A stretch of 64,000 bases of DNA from Polyangiaceae bacterium (GTDB lineage Bacteria; Myxococcota_A; Polyangia; Polyangiales; Polyangiaceae): positions 1-64,000 of the forward strand of contig JBILLK010000013.1 in the NCBI GenBank assembly GCA_044376115.1, given 5' to 3'. How positions within the stretch are numbered: position 1 is the stretch's first letter; every line of letters starts with the position of its first letter. Positions 29,799 to 39,391 of the stretch are shown here, piece after piece. A program made the position numbers and the translations under genes. The notes below the pieces were generated by a model that ran no database searches, was not told the origin of the DNA, and worked only from the letters and a program-made list of their open reading frames with translations.

Positions 29799-30452
29799 GT
29801 GACGAAACGCAAGCGTGGCCTTTCCTTCGCGATGTTGAGTGCAGCCTTGTTCGGCTGCGGGACGGCGCGCGTTTATGAGCAGCCGGAAGCCGACGTGCGG
29901 CCGCTCAACGCTGCGGTTGCGAGCTCACCGAGTTCGGCGGGCGGGACGTTGCTTACGGGCGCGCCGGCGAAGACCGCAGTCACTTGGTCCACCGCCGCGA
30001 AGCCGCCGGCCGACCCGGTCGTCGCGCACGACGGCACGCTGGTTGGCGTAGGAGGCGCGCCGGTGACCTTGGCCGGCCTTTGGAAGAAGCAGACGACGCT
30101 CGTCGTGTTCTACCGAGGGTTCTTCTGAGGCAGCTGCACTCGCTGGCTCGGTGAGCTAGCAAGCCACTCTGCGGAACTCGCAGCCAAGAAGGTTCAGGTC
30201 GTCGCCATCGCCGCCGATCCGTTGCCCAAGATGGAGGGCCTCTCCAAGCGCTATCCGGCGCTCACCTTCTTGGCCGACGACGAACCGCTCACCGTCAGCC
30301 AAGCCTGGGGCGCGGCGATGCCGGAGGATGAAGTCCCCGCCCCTGCGACCTTCATCGTCGACAAAGCCGGTGAGCTCCGCTTCGCCCACTTCAGCAAGTG
30401 GGGCCAAGGCGAATGGCCGGCGTGGGAAGAGCTGCAGCGCGCCCTCCCGTAG
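29799..30452 (+). CDS. Selenocysteine-containing peroxiredoxin-like (AhpC/TSA, UxxC) lipoprotein
   Basis: VTLAGLWKKQTTLVVFYRGFF-TGA(30126-30128)-GSCTRWLGEL...VVAIAAD...PATFIVDKAGELRFAH. ORFs 29799-30128 and 30222-30452 are one frame and one thioredoxin fold. Confidence 0.9.
30129..30165 (+). promoter_or_regulatory. Bacterial SECIS-like stem-loop
   Basis: Stem GCTGGCTC (30142-30149) / GAGCTAGC (30153-30160) with apical GGT, 21 nt after UGA. Confidence 0.8.
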
Positions 30453-30459
30453 GAGCCCA

Positions 30460-31110
30460 GTGAGCCTTTATCGAAGCAGCGGTTCCAGTGCAGTGGTTAC
30501 GGCCGACGAGGCGGCGCAGCTGCGCGCAAAACGGCGGGCGAAGCTGCTGTTAGCGGTCGGCCTGCCGCTGTTCGCTTCGTGGCCCTGGACCGGTGACCTT
30601 GTCGCGTTCATCGGCTTCGTTTGCGCCGGGACCGGCGCCCTGATGTACGCGTTGATTGCGCAACACCGCCGGGCGGTATGCCCCGAGTGCCAGCAGGGGT
30701 TTGCGACGCTCGAATCCACCGACCTCCGCTGCCCTCACTGTTTGGCCTACGCACGGATCGAGGGGAAGCAGGTTACAGCCCTCACCGAAGCGGAGATCGC
30801 CGAGTCCCCTCGCTTCGAGATTCTGCTGCCCGCCGAGTTCAAGGACGACGGGCGCGAGACGTTTCCGGCGATTTGCGCCGGCTGCGGAGTGGCCTCGACG
30901 CGCTGGCTTCCGTTGCAAATCGGCTCGCCCAAGCAAAGAATCCCAATGCGCTGGCTGCTGATCCCGCATTGCGATCGCTGCGAACACGGCGCCAGCGGCA
31001 GAGCCGAAGCCGTCAGCGTGCAGTCGTATCGGGCCTACCGCGCGTTCCAACGCGCGATGGAGCGCCACAAGCAAGCAGGTCAGCAAGCGTCGCCAAGGCT
31101 CGGGCCGTGA
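30460..31110 (+). CDS. Hypothetical membrane protein with four CxxC motifs (putative Zn ribbons)
   Basis: AGGAG RBS before GTG 30460, two TM helices, and CPEC, CPHC, CAGC and CDRC. Confidence 0.7.
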   Translation: MSLYRSSGSSAVVTADEAAQLRAKRRAKLLLAVGLPLFASWPWTGDLVAFIGFVCAGTGALMYALIAQHRRAVCPECQQGFATLESTDLRCPHCLAYARIEGKQVTALTEAEIAESPRFEILLPAEFKDDGRETFPAICAGCGVASTRWLPLQIGSPKQRIPMRWLLIPHCDRCEHGASGRAEAVSVQSYRAYRAFQRAMERHKQAGQQASPRLGP

Positions 31111-31137
31111 AGCGGTAGGAGGGCGGTCAGCTTGGGC

Positions 31138-31277
31138 GCGACATTGCGCCCTGTCTCACCGTGACACCGCGCGATCTGTCGCAAGACGCCAGCCGCCGAG
31201 CCCGGCGGTGAGGTCGCGCCACCCTCCGCGTGCGACATTGCGCCCTGTCTCACCGTGACACCGGGCGATCTGTCGCA
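31138..31277 (-). repeat. REP-like array, 2 copies, 94-bp period (locus C), at the 3' end of the RAYT-like gene
   Basis: Hairpins at 31138-31183 and 31232-31277. The transposase stop codon lies inside the second copy. Confidence 0.95.
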
Positions 31278-32065
31278 GGCGGTGGCACCGGGCCGGTCGG
31301 CTCGGTCGGAAGGTCATCATTGCGCTGCCGGAGCGCGGCGCGGAGCTTGGCCATCTTTGCAATGGTCGCGACGAACTGAGGGTCGGCGGTGCTGCGATCA
31401 CGTTCGAGCGTCCGCCTGCTGACCTCGATCGAGTCGGCGATCTGTCGGAGGGGGATGCGCCCATCGACGAGGCGGAGGACCGCAGCGCGGGCGGCGCGCA
31501 CGGAGGTTTGGCGCCCCGACAAGGATGCAAGGGCCACCGCGGCCGGGCCCGCGGATATGTAGTCGGCTGGGTCGGTCTCGTGGTCGAGCGGGAGGTCCAG
31601 GAGGGTAAGGAGCTCCGGGCGACTCAAGCGAGGGAGTGCCCGGAACAACCGCGCGTTCGTGGCGCGCGAGTTGATCAGGCGCATGCCCAACAGGTCCACG
31701 AGACTGCTCGCGTCGTGCTCCCGATCGAACGACACGAGCCCGTGGTGCTGGCCCTGACGAAACAAATAGCCGAGCGTGCTCCGCAGGTGCTTGAAGGTGT
31801 CGATCGGGCGGATCCGCGCGGGCTCGAAAGGTCGCAGCAGAGGCAGCCTGCGCCGCAGCGCCGACTCGACGATCCGCGCGAACTGGCCCGCCTCAGGCCT
31901 CGACCCCGTGACGATGGCGTGGAGGTGCGTGTCCACGCTCCGAAACGCAAGCAGCCCGCGTTGCTCGCCGCAAGCGTACAAACACCGCGCCAGCCGCCGC
32001 CGCTCCGCCGTGTCCCTCGCTATCCAGGTGTCGTCCGTCGGTCGCATCGTCAGGTGGTAGGCCAT
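31250..32065 (-). CDS. REP-associated tyrosine (HUH/Y1, RAYT-like) transposase with C-terminal HTH
   Basis: YHLTMR at the N-terminus, HUH motif DTHLHAIV, catalytic-Tyr helix HLRSTLGYLFRQ, DASS (cf. WSS), and HTH IPLRQIADSIEVSRRTLER. Flanked by palindrome clusters. Confidence 0.8.
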   Translation of the reverse strand: MAYHLTMRPTDDTWIARDTAERRRLARCLYACGEQRGLLAFRSVDTHLHAIVTGSRPEAGQFARIVESALRRRLPLLRPFEPARIRPIDTFKHLRSTLGYLFRQGQHHGLVSFDREHDASSLVDLLGMRLINSRATNARLFRALPRLSRPELLTLLDLPLDHETDPADYISAGPAAVALASLSGRQTSVRAARAAVLRLVDGRIPLRQIADSIEVSRRTLERDRSTADPQFVATIAKMAKLRAALRQRNDDLPTEPTGPVPPPATDRPVSR

Positions 32066-32179
32066 GGCGCTCATACACGCCGATGAGCAACTCCAATGCC
32101 CGCCACAAACGCGCACGAAATCGCGCGAATTCTATGGCGGGCGCCTGAAAAAGGCCGGCGGGCGCCAGCGCGCGCGGAT

Positions 32180-32490
32180 GGCTCGATGCCCCGATGCGCG
32201 CCCCCAGGCTCGATGCCCGGCCGGATACGACACATCGCCCGCTGTCACCGTGAGACTCGGCGATATGTCGCGCCCGAAGGCTTGAGGCCCGCCGCGCAGC
32301 GCACACGGAGGGCTCGATGCCCGGCCAGATACGACACATCGCCCGCTCTCACCGCGAGACTCGGCGATCTGTCGCGCCCGAAGGCTCCGCAGCGCGCGCG
32401 CATGGCTCGACGCCCAGCCGCATGCGACACATCGCCCGCTGTCACCGCGAGACTCGGCGATATGTCGCCCCCAGCCGCTCGAGGCCCGCC
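32180..32490 (+). repeat. REP-like array, 3 copies, 104/93-bp periods (locus D), upstream of the RAYT-like gene
   Basis: Hairpins at 32226, 32330 and 32423, each preceded by ggctcga(t/c)gccc. Orientation is opposite to locus C. Confidence 0.95.
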
Positions 32491-32589
32491 GCCCAGCGCC
32501 CCCGCCCCGCGCGCTCCGGTCTCTGCGCCACCACCCCATCCGCATCAATTCTGCGCACTCGGTGGGAGCGACTCCCGTAACGTTGGGTC

Positions 32590-33471
32590 GTGAGTTCCTT
32601 CCTCAAGGCGATGCATGACCTCGTTGGCATAGGTCAGTGGCAAAGAAAAAGCGGCGGCGGGACGGCCTTTCTCGTCGTGTGGTGCGGCGTTGCAGCCAGC
32701 ATGCTCAGCTTTGGGCTGTGGGCCGTGAGCCGCACGACGCAGGACGTGTTCAAGATGGCGCCGGAGCTGCAAGGGAGGCCCATTCGCTCGGCCTCGGACG
32801 AGGAGCTCGGCAAGGGCGTCTTTCAAGGCACGCTGCGCGGTCCGGCGCGCAACGCTCCCTCCGGAGCGAAGGCGGTCGCTTGGTACGCCTGGCTTGATCG
32901 GGTCGTGCAAAGCGGAAAGAACACGACGCGCGAGCGCTTGTGCACGTTGCATGAAGTGGAAGGGATCACGCTCGAAGCCGGTGGTAAGCGGATCCCGCTC
33001 AAGCTTGAACCGTCAACGTTCGACTTGGTGCAGTCGGGCAGCTTCTCAGCGCCGAGACCAAGCGAAGTTGAGATCTTCGGCGCGGTGACCAAGACTGCGG
33101 TTCCCGCGTCCGTCCTCGAGCGGCCCAAGTGCAAGTCGTCCGACACATCGAAGCTCGAATACAACGAGGTGGTCTGGACCGACGGCCGCGAGCTGGTCGT
33201 TTCGGGCGTTCGCGATGCGAAGGGTATCGGGCCGAGCGGCGACGGAGCTGACTTCGTCGCCAGCGAGTGCGGTGGATCAAACGACGGCTGCGCCGACGCC
33301 CAGCGCGGAAAGGACTTCGTCCTGCACAGCTGGGTCAACGGCGTTAGCTGGGTCACCACGATCGCCTTTGCGATCGCCGGGGTCTTCATCACCGTGGTCG
33401 GTGGGCTCAACCTTTGGCATCACCGCGCGCAGCAGAAACAGCGACGCACCATCGCCAGGAGGCTCGCGTGA
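32590..33471 (+). CDS. Hypothetical two-TM membrane protein (GIDE-like architecture)
   Basis: N- and C-terminal TM helices around a beta-rich periplasmic domain. Confidence 0.7.
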   Translation: MSSFLKAMHDLVGIGQWQRKSGGGTAFLVVWCGVAASMLSFGLWAVSRTTQDVFKMAPELQGRPIRSASDEELGKGVFQGTLRGPARNAPSGAKAVAWYAWLDRVVQSGKNTTRERLCTLHEVEGITLEAGGKRIPLKLEPSTFDLVQSGSFSAPRPSEVEIFGAVTKTAVPASVLERPKCKSSDTSKLEYNEVVWTDGRELVVSGVRDAKGIGPSGDGADFVASECGGSNDGCADAQRGKDFVLHSWVNGVSWVTTIAFAIAGVFITVVGGLNLWHHRAQQKQRRTIARRLA

Positions 33472-34121
33472 TCCTGATCGCATCAGCGGTGCTGTTCGTC
33501 GCAGGGGTGACGTTGGTCGCGCTAGCGTGGCGCGAGTTGCGTCCGAGTCGCATGTTCCTCGAACGCCCGACCTCCGCAACCCAGGCGCTGAAGGCCGGCC
33601 CGGTCGAAGCGGCGGGCGTGCTGCGCGCGGATGGCGTCGCACCGCTGCAGAGCAGCTTTGGAGCCCCTTGTGTGATCGTTCATACGCTGTATGAGCGGCG
33701 CATTGGGCGGAACAGCTACCGCGAAGAATCGCGGGACACCGTCGCGGTCCCTGCCCTCTTGAGCGACGCCAGCGGCTCGTGCAAGGTGGAGCTCTCCCAT
33801 GTGGACCTGATGGGCGAGAGCTGGGAGGTGCGACTCGCCGACGGCAGGCGCATCACCCAAACCATCGTCCGCGATGGAGCCAGCGTTTTCGTCGCCGGCA
33901 ACGCGACCCCCACCGGCGTGGTCGCAGCCCACGACTACCGCGGCAACGTGCCCCAACTCGCGATTGGGCCCAGTGCGGATAGTCCACTGCTCCTCTCGCT
34001 CGGCAGCCAATCGAACGCGATCTGGAGCTACGGCTGGCGGGCGATCGTCGGTGCGCTGTGCGGCGTTTGCCTGCTCGCGCTCAGCGCCGCTGCAGCGTTC
34101 ATCCACTCAGCGCTGCCCTGA
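33468..34121 (+). CDS. GIDE-like domain membrane protein
   Basis: GTGA overlap with the upstream gene. TM-GPVEAAG..PLQS..G.PCV..L.DASG..I.DGASVFVAG..PLLLS-TM. Confidence 0.65.
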   Translation: MILIASAVLFVAGVTLVALAWRELRPSRMFLERPTSATQALKAGPVEAAGVLRADGVAPLQSSFGAPCVIVHTLYERRIGRNSYREESRDTVAVPALLSDASGSCKVELSHVDLMGESWEVRLADGRRITQTIVRDGASVFVAGNATPTGVVAAHDYRGNVPQLAIGPSADSPLLLSLGSQSNAIWSYGWRAIVGALCGVCLLALSAAAAFIHSALP

Positions 34122-34180
34122 CGCTGGCTGATTGTACGATCAACCGCTAGCTTGCCGGAGATGGGGCTCGCGTGACCTTA

Positions 34181-36401
34181 ATGAACGGGACGGTCGGTCT
34201 CTTGCTGCTTGGGGCGCTGGCTGGCTGTGAGGAAAGCTCGCCTTCGAGCGAGGCCACCGGCGCAGAGCGTGGAGCCGAGGAGACGGGGGTGGCGGCAGCC
34301 GCGCTGGTTCGATCTCGGCAGCTATCCAATCGAGCCTTTTCCGTTTGGGTCGGGGAACGACAACTGGGACGTCGAGTGGGAATGTGGCGTTGGGCATCTG
34401 GTCTGGGTCGAAGCGCAGGCGGACCACGACAGGGTGATGCAGATCCGCTTCAATCAGGCGGGGCAGCTGCTGGATATGGCCCCGCTGCTGGTCTACGAGC
34501 AAGACCCTCCGCTCCCACCGAACCAAGGCGGGAACTACGACCAAGGGCCGCGTCGGGTTGACAGCGTGCGCCTCGAGCGCTCAGCAGACGGAGTCTGGCT
34601 GGTCGCGCATGAGGTGGAGAATTGGACCCAGCCTGGTTTCGGGTATGGCAAGACCAACCGCGTTCGCGGCTTTGTGTTGAGCGCAGACGGCAGCGTGTCG
34701 GGGAACACCGTGCTCGGATTTGCCATGGACAATCTTATCGGGTCGGACGACCTCTACAAGATTGACATCTACGCGACGGGCTTCGACGGCACCCATGCCT
34801 ACGTCGTTTTCCAGATCACCCTCGACGAGGACCCGTCGATTTGGGAGGGTGACCTTAGGGTCGTACGCGATGACGCGCTCGTGGTTAGGAGCGCCTTCGG
34901 CTGGGAACTGACGCATCAACCGTACTTATTCGATTCCTTTGCCTGTGGCTTCGGCCGCTGCATGTTCCGCTACGGCGAAGCGCCCCCGTCGCCGGAAAAC
35001 AAGTTTCACAGCGACATCTTTTCGAGCAGTGGGCTGCTCCAGGCGACGTACCCCATATATCCGTTTCCTAACGCCAACCCCTACGGCCAACCTGTTGCTC
35101 TCGAGTCCTGTGACTTCTTGGTGGCTGGTGCGAACTCGTGGGTCCTAGAGGGCCACACCATCGTTGGCGGTCCGCATGTGCTGCCAGGAACCGCGGGTGG
35201 CTCGTTCGTCGACGATGGCGTCGAGCTGACTCGTTACTTCAGCGATGCCGGTGTGCTTTCGTCCCATACCTTCACCGCAGACGGTGCGCCCCAAGCCGTG
35301 ACGGTGAGCGAGCCCTCGCTTGTGAGCAATCGCATCGTTCGTATCGGAGACGGGAAATCCTTGGCGGTATTGCGCACAGGGAACACGTTTACCGCTCAGT
35401 TCGTCGGAAGTAGCGCGCTCGTGGAGGTGGACGGGCAGTGTGATCTATTGGGAGATGCAGGCCTCGCCAGCGGCAATAACCCGGACTGCTCGCAGTTCAG
35501 TGGGCTTGGCATCCCGTGCACCGTGGATGCGGAGTGTGACTCTGGCTTCTGCGTCAACCAGGTGTGCTGCAACTCAAGCTGTGTTGGCGGCTGTGAAGCC
35601 TGCAGCGTCGCAAGCGATGGAGCAATCGATGGCGTCTGCTCGCCGCGCGCGTTGTGGTCGAACTGTCGCGCCGGAGCCGTTTGCAATCCAGCAGAGTATT
35701 GTGATGGCGTTTCGAGCGAGTGCCCTGCAGACGTCTTTGATCCAGACGGCACGAGCTGTGAGGGGGCTTGCGCAAGTGCGTGCGCGGCTGGGCAATGCGT
35801 TGTACTTCCCAACTGCGACTTCGAGGTGGCTTGTGGTCCCGGCGAATGCGATGACGGCAATGAGTGCACGCTGGACAAGTGCTTCAGCGAGAGCGGCTGC
35901 TCTCACACTCCGCTCGCCTTGACCTTCTGCGACCTCGACAATCCATGCGCTGAGTACAGCATTTGCACCGCCAACGGCTGCGTCGGGACAGCCAAGCCTG
36001 AAGGCACGCCGTGCCCCGGAGGAACCTGCGTTGGGCTCGTCTGTACGCCTGAGGGCGGCAGCGGAGGAGCCGGCGGTAGCGGAGGGGCGGGCGGTAGCGG
36101 AGCTGGCGGTAGCGCTGAGAACGGCGGCAGCGGCGCTGGCGGTAGCGCTGAGAACGGCGGCAGCGCAGAGGGCGGCGCAGCAGGCTCCGGCGGCGCAGAG
36201 CCAACCGGCGGCTCAGGCTTGGGCGGTGACAACACGGCCGCTTCCACCGGGAGCGGAGAGCCACCGCAGAGGCTCGAGCTTAGCGGTGGCACCGGCTCGT
36301 GTGACGTCACGTCGGGCCGCACCTCGGCGAGCGGGCTCTGGCTCGCTGCGGGCCTCGCGGGCGCAGCGCTACGACGGCGGAAGCGGAAGCTCGCGAGCTA
36401 G
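34181..36401 (+). pseudogene. Frameshifted Cys-rich MYXO-CTERM-type surface lipoprotein
   Basis: The lipoprotein signal (LAGC...ETGVAAAALV) is in the 34181 frame. The body (FDLGSYP...Cys repeats...GSCDVT..GLWLAAGLAGAALRRRKRK) is in the +1 frame. The switch is near 34305-34312. Confidence 0.75.
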
Positions 36402-36459
36402 CGAGCGCTGCGTGCTCTCGCTCCTAGCCTCGGCCAGGAGCGAGCTCACCGCCTCTCGA

Positions 36460-37269
36460 TCAATCCTCGCTCGCGGCGTCTCCAGCTTGGGCGACGCGGA
36501 TCTTCGTCTTTTGCGGGCTGACGATGAAGGTGACGATTCGCTCTTTGGCCTCGAACTCCTGGCGGTAGGTGTCGGCGGAGCGCTTGTACTTGAACGGCCC
36601 GATGCGCACGCGGTGCCAGAGCCCGCGGCCCTTGACGTTGGCCGACTCGACGTAGGCGTGGTGACCGCGACGGCGCAACGCGGAGGCGAAGGACTGCGCT
36701 TCTTCATCGGTCTTGAACGAGCTCACCTGCAGTTGGAAGCCGCCTGCTTGACCGGCCTCGACCTCGGTGCCGGTCTCGCGTGAGACCTGGCGTGTGGCGC
36801 TGCCGAGCGAATCGCTGGGGCTCTGGAACTGCGGTTCCTTCCCTGCATCCGAGAGCAACTGCTGCGCGGGTAGCGGCATCACCGGCAAGCGATCCGCGGC
36901 CGGCGGCGGCGCGGTGGGATGCCCGAGCGGCAAGTTGAACTCCGGGTCCACCACCTTGTCGTTGTTGCGGATGGCCTCGAGCGCCGTCGTCGGTTGGTCG
37001 CTGTTGGAGAGCATGCGCGGGAAGGTCACGTCCACGGTCTCCGCCGGGGCCTCCGAGCGCGCCTTTGTCACCAGCGAGCCGAGCGGATCCACGTTCTCGC
37101 TCGGTGCGTGCGCCGGCTTGCGCAGCAACATCACCGAGGCCAACACCACACAGGCGCCGCCGAGGGATGCGACGAGGAGCGCGCCAAGTTTGGAAGGTCG
37201 AGCCTGCACTGGATCTGTTTCCTGGATCTCGTCGAGGTTTCTAAGCCGTGCGTTCGTTGCTCGCTGCAT
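36460..37269 (-). CDS. SPOR domain protein (FtsN/DedD-like)
   Basis: N-terminal TM helix, Pro-rich linker, and FQLQVSSF...WHRVRIGPF. Confidence 0.9.
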   Translation of the reverse strand: MQRATNARLRNLDEIQETDPVQARPSKLGALLVASLGGACVVLASVMLLRKPAHAPSENVDPLGSLVTKARSEAPAETVDVTFPRMLSNSDQPTTALEAIRNNDKVVDPEFNLPLGHPTAPPPAADRLPVMPLPAQQLLSDAGKEPQFQSPSDSLGSATRQVSRETGTEVEAGQAGGFQLQVSSFKTDEEAQSFASALRRRGHHAYVESANVKGRGLWHRVRIGPFKYKRSADTYRQEFEAKERIVTFIVSPQKTKIRVAQAGDAASED

Positions 37270-37309
37270 ACCTGGGCACTATCAAAGCACGTCGCTGTAT
37301 CCAAGAAAC

Positions 37310-38683
37310 CTACATTGTAATCTTTTGTAGGCTGAACACTTGAGCGGCCTTCCAGCGCGTCTCCTCGAACTCGCGATCGGCGTCGCTGTCCACCACGATA
37401 CCGCCGCCAACCCAGTAGTTTCCAGCGCCGTTTCGCTCGAACACCATGGTTCGAATGGCCATCGAAAGGCGCACATCGCCCGCTCGCGTGAGCACACCCA
37501 CTGCACCGGTGTAGAGCCCGCGACGGGCTGTCTCGAGCTCGGCGATCACCTCCATCGCCCGCACCTTCGGCGCGCCGGTAACGCTGCCGCTCGGCAGCAG
37601 CGCGCGCAGTACGTCGGCTCGCGATAGCTCCGCCCGGCAACGCCCGCTCACCGTGCTCACACGATGAAACACCGTGGAGTGCGCTTCGCTGCGCACCGCC
37701 GAACGCTGCACCGAGCCGGGCTCGCAAACGCGGTTGAGATCGTTGCGCTCGACATCGACGATCATCGCCAGCTCGGCCCGCTCCTTCTCGTCGGTCTCCA
37801 GCTCCAAGAGCAGCCGCGCGTCTTCCTCCGCGGTCTTTCCGCGCGCACGCGTGCCCTTGATCGGGATCGTCTCCAGCGCCGAAAAGCGCGTGCCATCAGC
37901 GCTGGCCTTCGCGCAAAGCGCCAACTCCGGACTTGCGCCCACCACCGTCGCGCCCTCGCGAGTGTGAAACAAAAAGCGAAACGGCGCCGGGAACTCCTGC
38001 GTCAAGCGCGCGAGCAAACGCGCATAGTCGGCCGGGCGCTCCGCCGCGAACTGCAGCGTCAGCTGCCGAGCCAGGTTCACCTGATAGAACTCGCCCTCGC
38101 GAATGCGCGCCACCGCCGCACGCACCCGCTCGCGATGCAACTCCGCCGGCTCGCTCTCAACGATGCTGAGCCGCGGGAGCCGTTCGAGCGGCTGTTCGCC
38201 CCCCGGCGGCACAAGCGGCGGCTCGGCCCGCGACGACGCGCCCTTCGCCACATCGGTGCGCAACAACCTCGCTTCAATCTCCGCGAGCAGCGCCTGCGAA
38301 TCTGCCACCACGTAGCTCTCCCCCGACGCTGCGATCACCACCGCCGCAGCAAAACGCCGCCACTCGATTTGCGCGCACGGCGGCGCAGCGCGCTTCTCCG
38401 CCACGCTCCAAGCCGGACGCTCCAACCCCGACCGAAAGGCCTCATACGGCAGCACGCCCGCCCACAAGGGCACGTCGCGCGCCAGCGGATCAGCCGGGCA
38501 CACGATCGGCTTTCCCTCCAGCGGATCCAACGCACCGCTCGCCTCCTCCGGAAAAAGCAATACGTACCAAACGCCCTGATCGAACCAAACCGTCGCCTGC
38601 TCAAAGAGCGTCGCCACGCGCAACCAATCCAGCGCCGTTGAGCTGCGTACCGAGCAGACCATGCCGCATCTTCGTCGCTGCAC
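37310..38683 (-). CDS. pabB: Aminodeoxychorismate/anthranilate synthase component I family protein
   Basis: GEFYQVNLA, SPEL, PIKGT, KERAELAMIVDVERNDL, PSGSVTGAPK, YTGAVG, AIRT and GGGIV.DS..EFEET.WK. The start codon is uncertain. Confidence 0.85.
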   Translation of the reverse strand: MQRRRCGMVCSVRSSTALDWLRVATLFEQATVWFDQGVWYVLLFPEEASGALDPLEGKPIVCPADPLARDVPLWAGVLPYEAFRSGLERPAWSVAEKRAAPPCAQIEWRRFAAAVVIAASGESYVVADSQALLAEIEARLLRTDVAKGASSRAEPPLVPPGGEQPLERLPRLSIVESEPAELHRERVRAAVARIREGEFYQVNLARQLTLQFAAERPADYARLLARLTQEFPAPFRFLFHTREGATVVGASPELALCAKASADGTRFSALETIPIKGTRARGKTAEEDARLLLELETDEKERAELAMIVDVERNDLNRVCEPGSVQRSAVRSEAHSTVFHRVSTVSGRCRAELSRADVLRALLPSGSVTGAPKVRAMEVIAELETARRGLYTGAVGVLTRAGDVRLSMAIRTMVFERNGAGNYWVGGGIVVDSDADREFEETRWKAAQVFSLQKITM

Positions 38684-38772
38684 CGTGCAGTGGCAACGGG
38701 AGAAGCCCGGGCGACGGGGGACGCGGCGTGGACGCTGGGGCGGCTCGAGGATCGATAGGGTATGCTCAGCTC

Positions 38773-39360
38773 GTGAGTGAGGCAGTCAAGCTCCGGCCCG
38801 CAACCACCGCCGATCTGTTAGCGATCCCCGAAGAGCATCGTCGACACGAGATCGTTGACGGCGTGCTGGTGGAGAAGGAGGCAGCGTCGGGCCGCCACGG
38901 TGGGGCGCAGGGCCGAGTTTTCCGCCAACTCGGTCCGTTCGACCGACGCCCTGGCGGGCGGCTGCCAGGCGGTTGGTGGTTTGCAACGGAGGCCGAGATC
39001 GAGCTCGCGCCAACGCAGGTCTTTCGCCCGGATGTTGCCGGTTGGCGGCGGGACCGCATGAGCGCGTTGCCGTCAGAGGTGCCGATCCGCGTGGCGCCCG
39101 ATTGGGTCTGCGAGGTGCTCTCGACGAACAGACGCAACGACTTGATCAAGAAGAAGCGCGCCTACCACCAGCACAAAGTCGGTCACTACTGGCTTGTCGA
39201 CCCCATTGAAGAGACGCTCTCGGTTCATCGTTGGCACACCGATGGGTTCGTCGAAGTCCTGGTCGCGGATCGCACAGAGACAGTCCGCGCCGAGCCCTTC
39301 GACGCGATCGAACTCAAGATCGCAGTGCTCTTTGGTGACGACGACGACTCAACAGAGTGA
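38773..39360 (+). CDS. Uma2 family (PD-(D/E)xK) endonuclease
   Basis: HEIVDG, H, PDVAGWR, PDWVCEVLS, KKRAY and YWLVDP motifs. Confidence 0.95.
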   Translation: MSEAVKLRPATTADLLAIPEEHRRHEIVDGVLVEKEAASGRHGGAQGRVFRQLGPFDRRPGGRLPGGWWFATEAEIELAPTQVFRPDVAGWRRDRMSALPSEVPIRVAPDWVCEVLSTNRRNDLIKKKRAYHQHKVGHYWLVDPIEETLSVHRWHTDGFVEVLVADRTETVRAEPFDAIELKIAVLFGDDDDSTE

Positions 39361-39391
39361 GGTCGTGCGTGCTGCTCCCTGGTCAGCCGGG

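Noticed and set aside
31250..32065. Ordinary IS200/IS605 insertion sequence
   Set aside because: No tnpB and no unique left/right end hairpins. The flanking palindromes are multicopy across the window, and the protein has a long C-terminal HTH extension.
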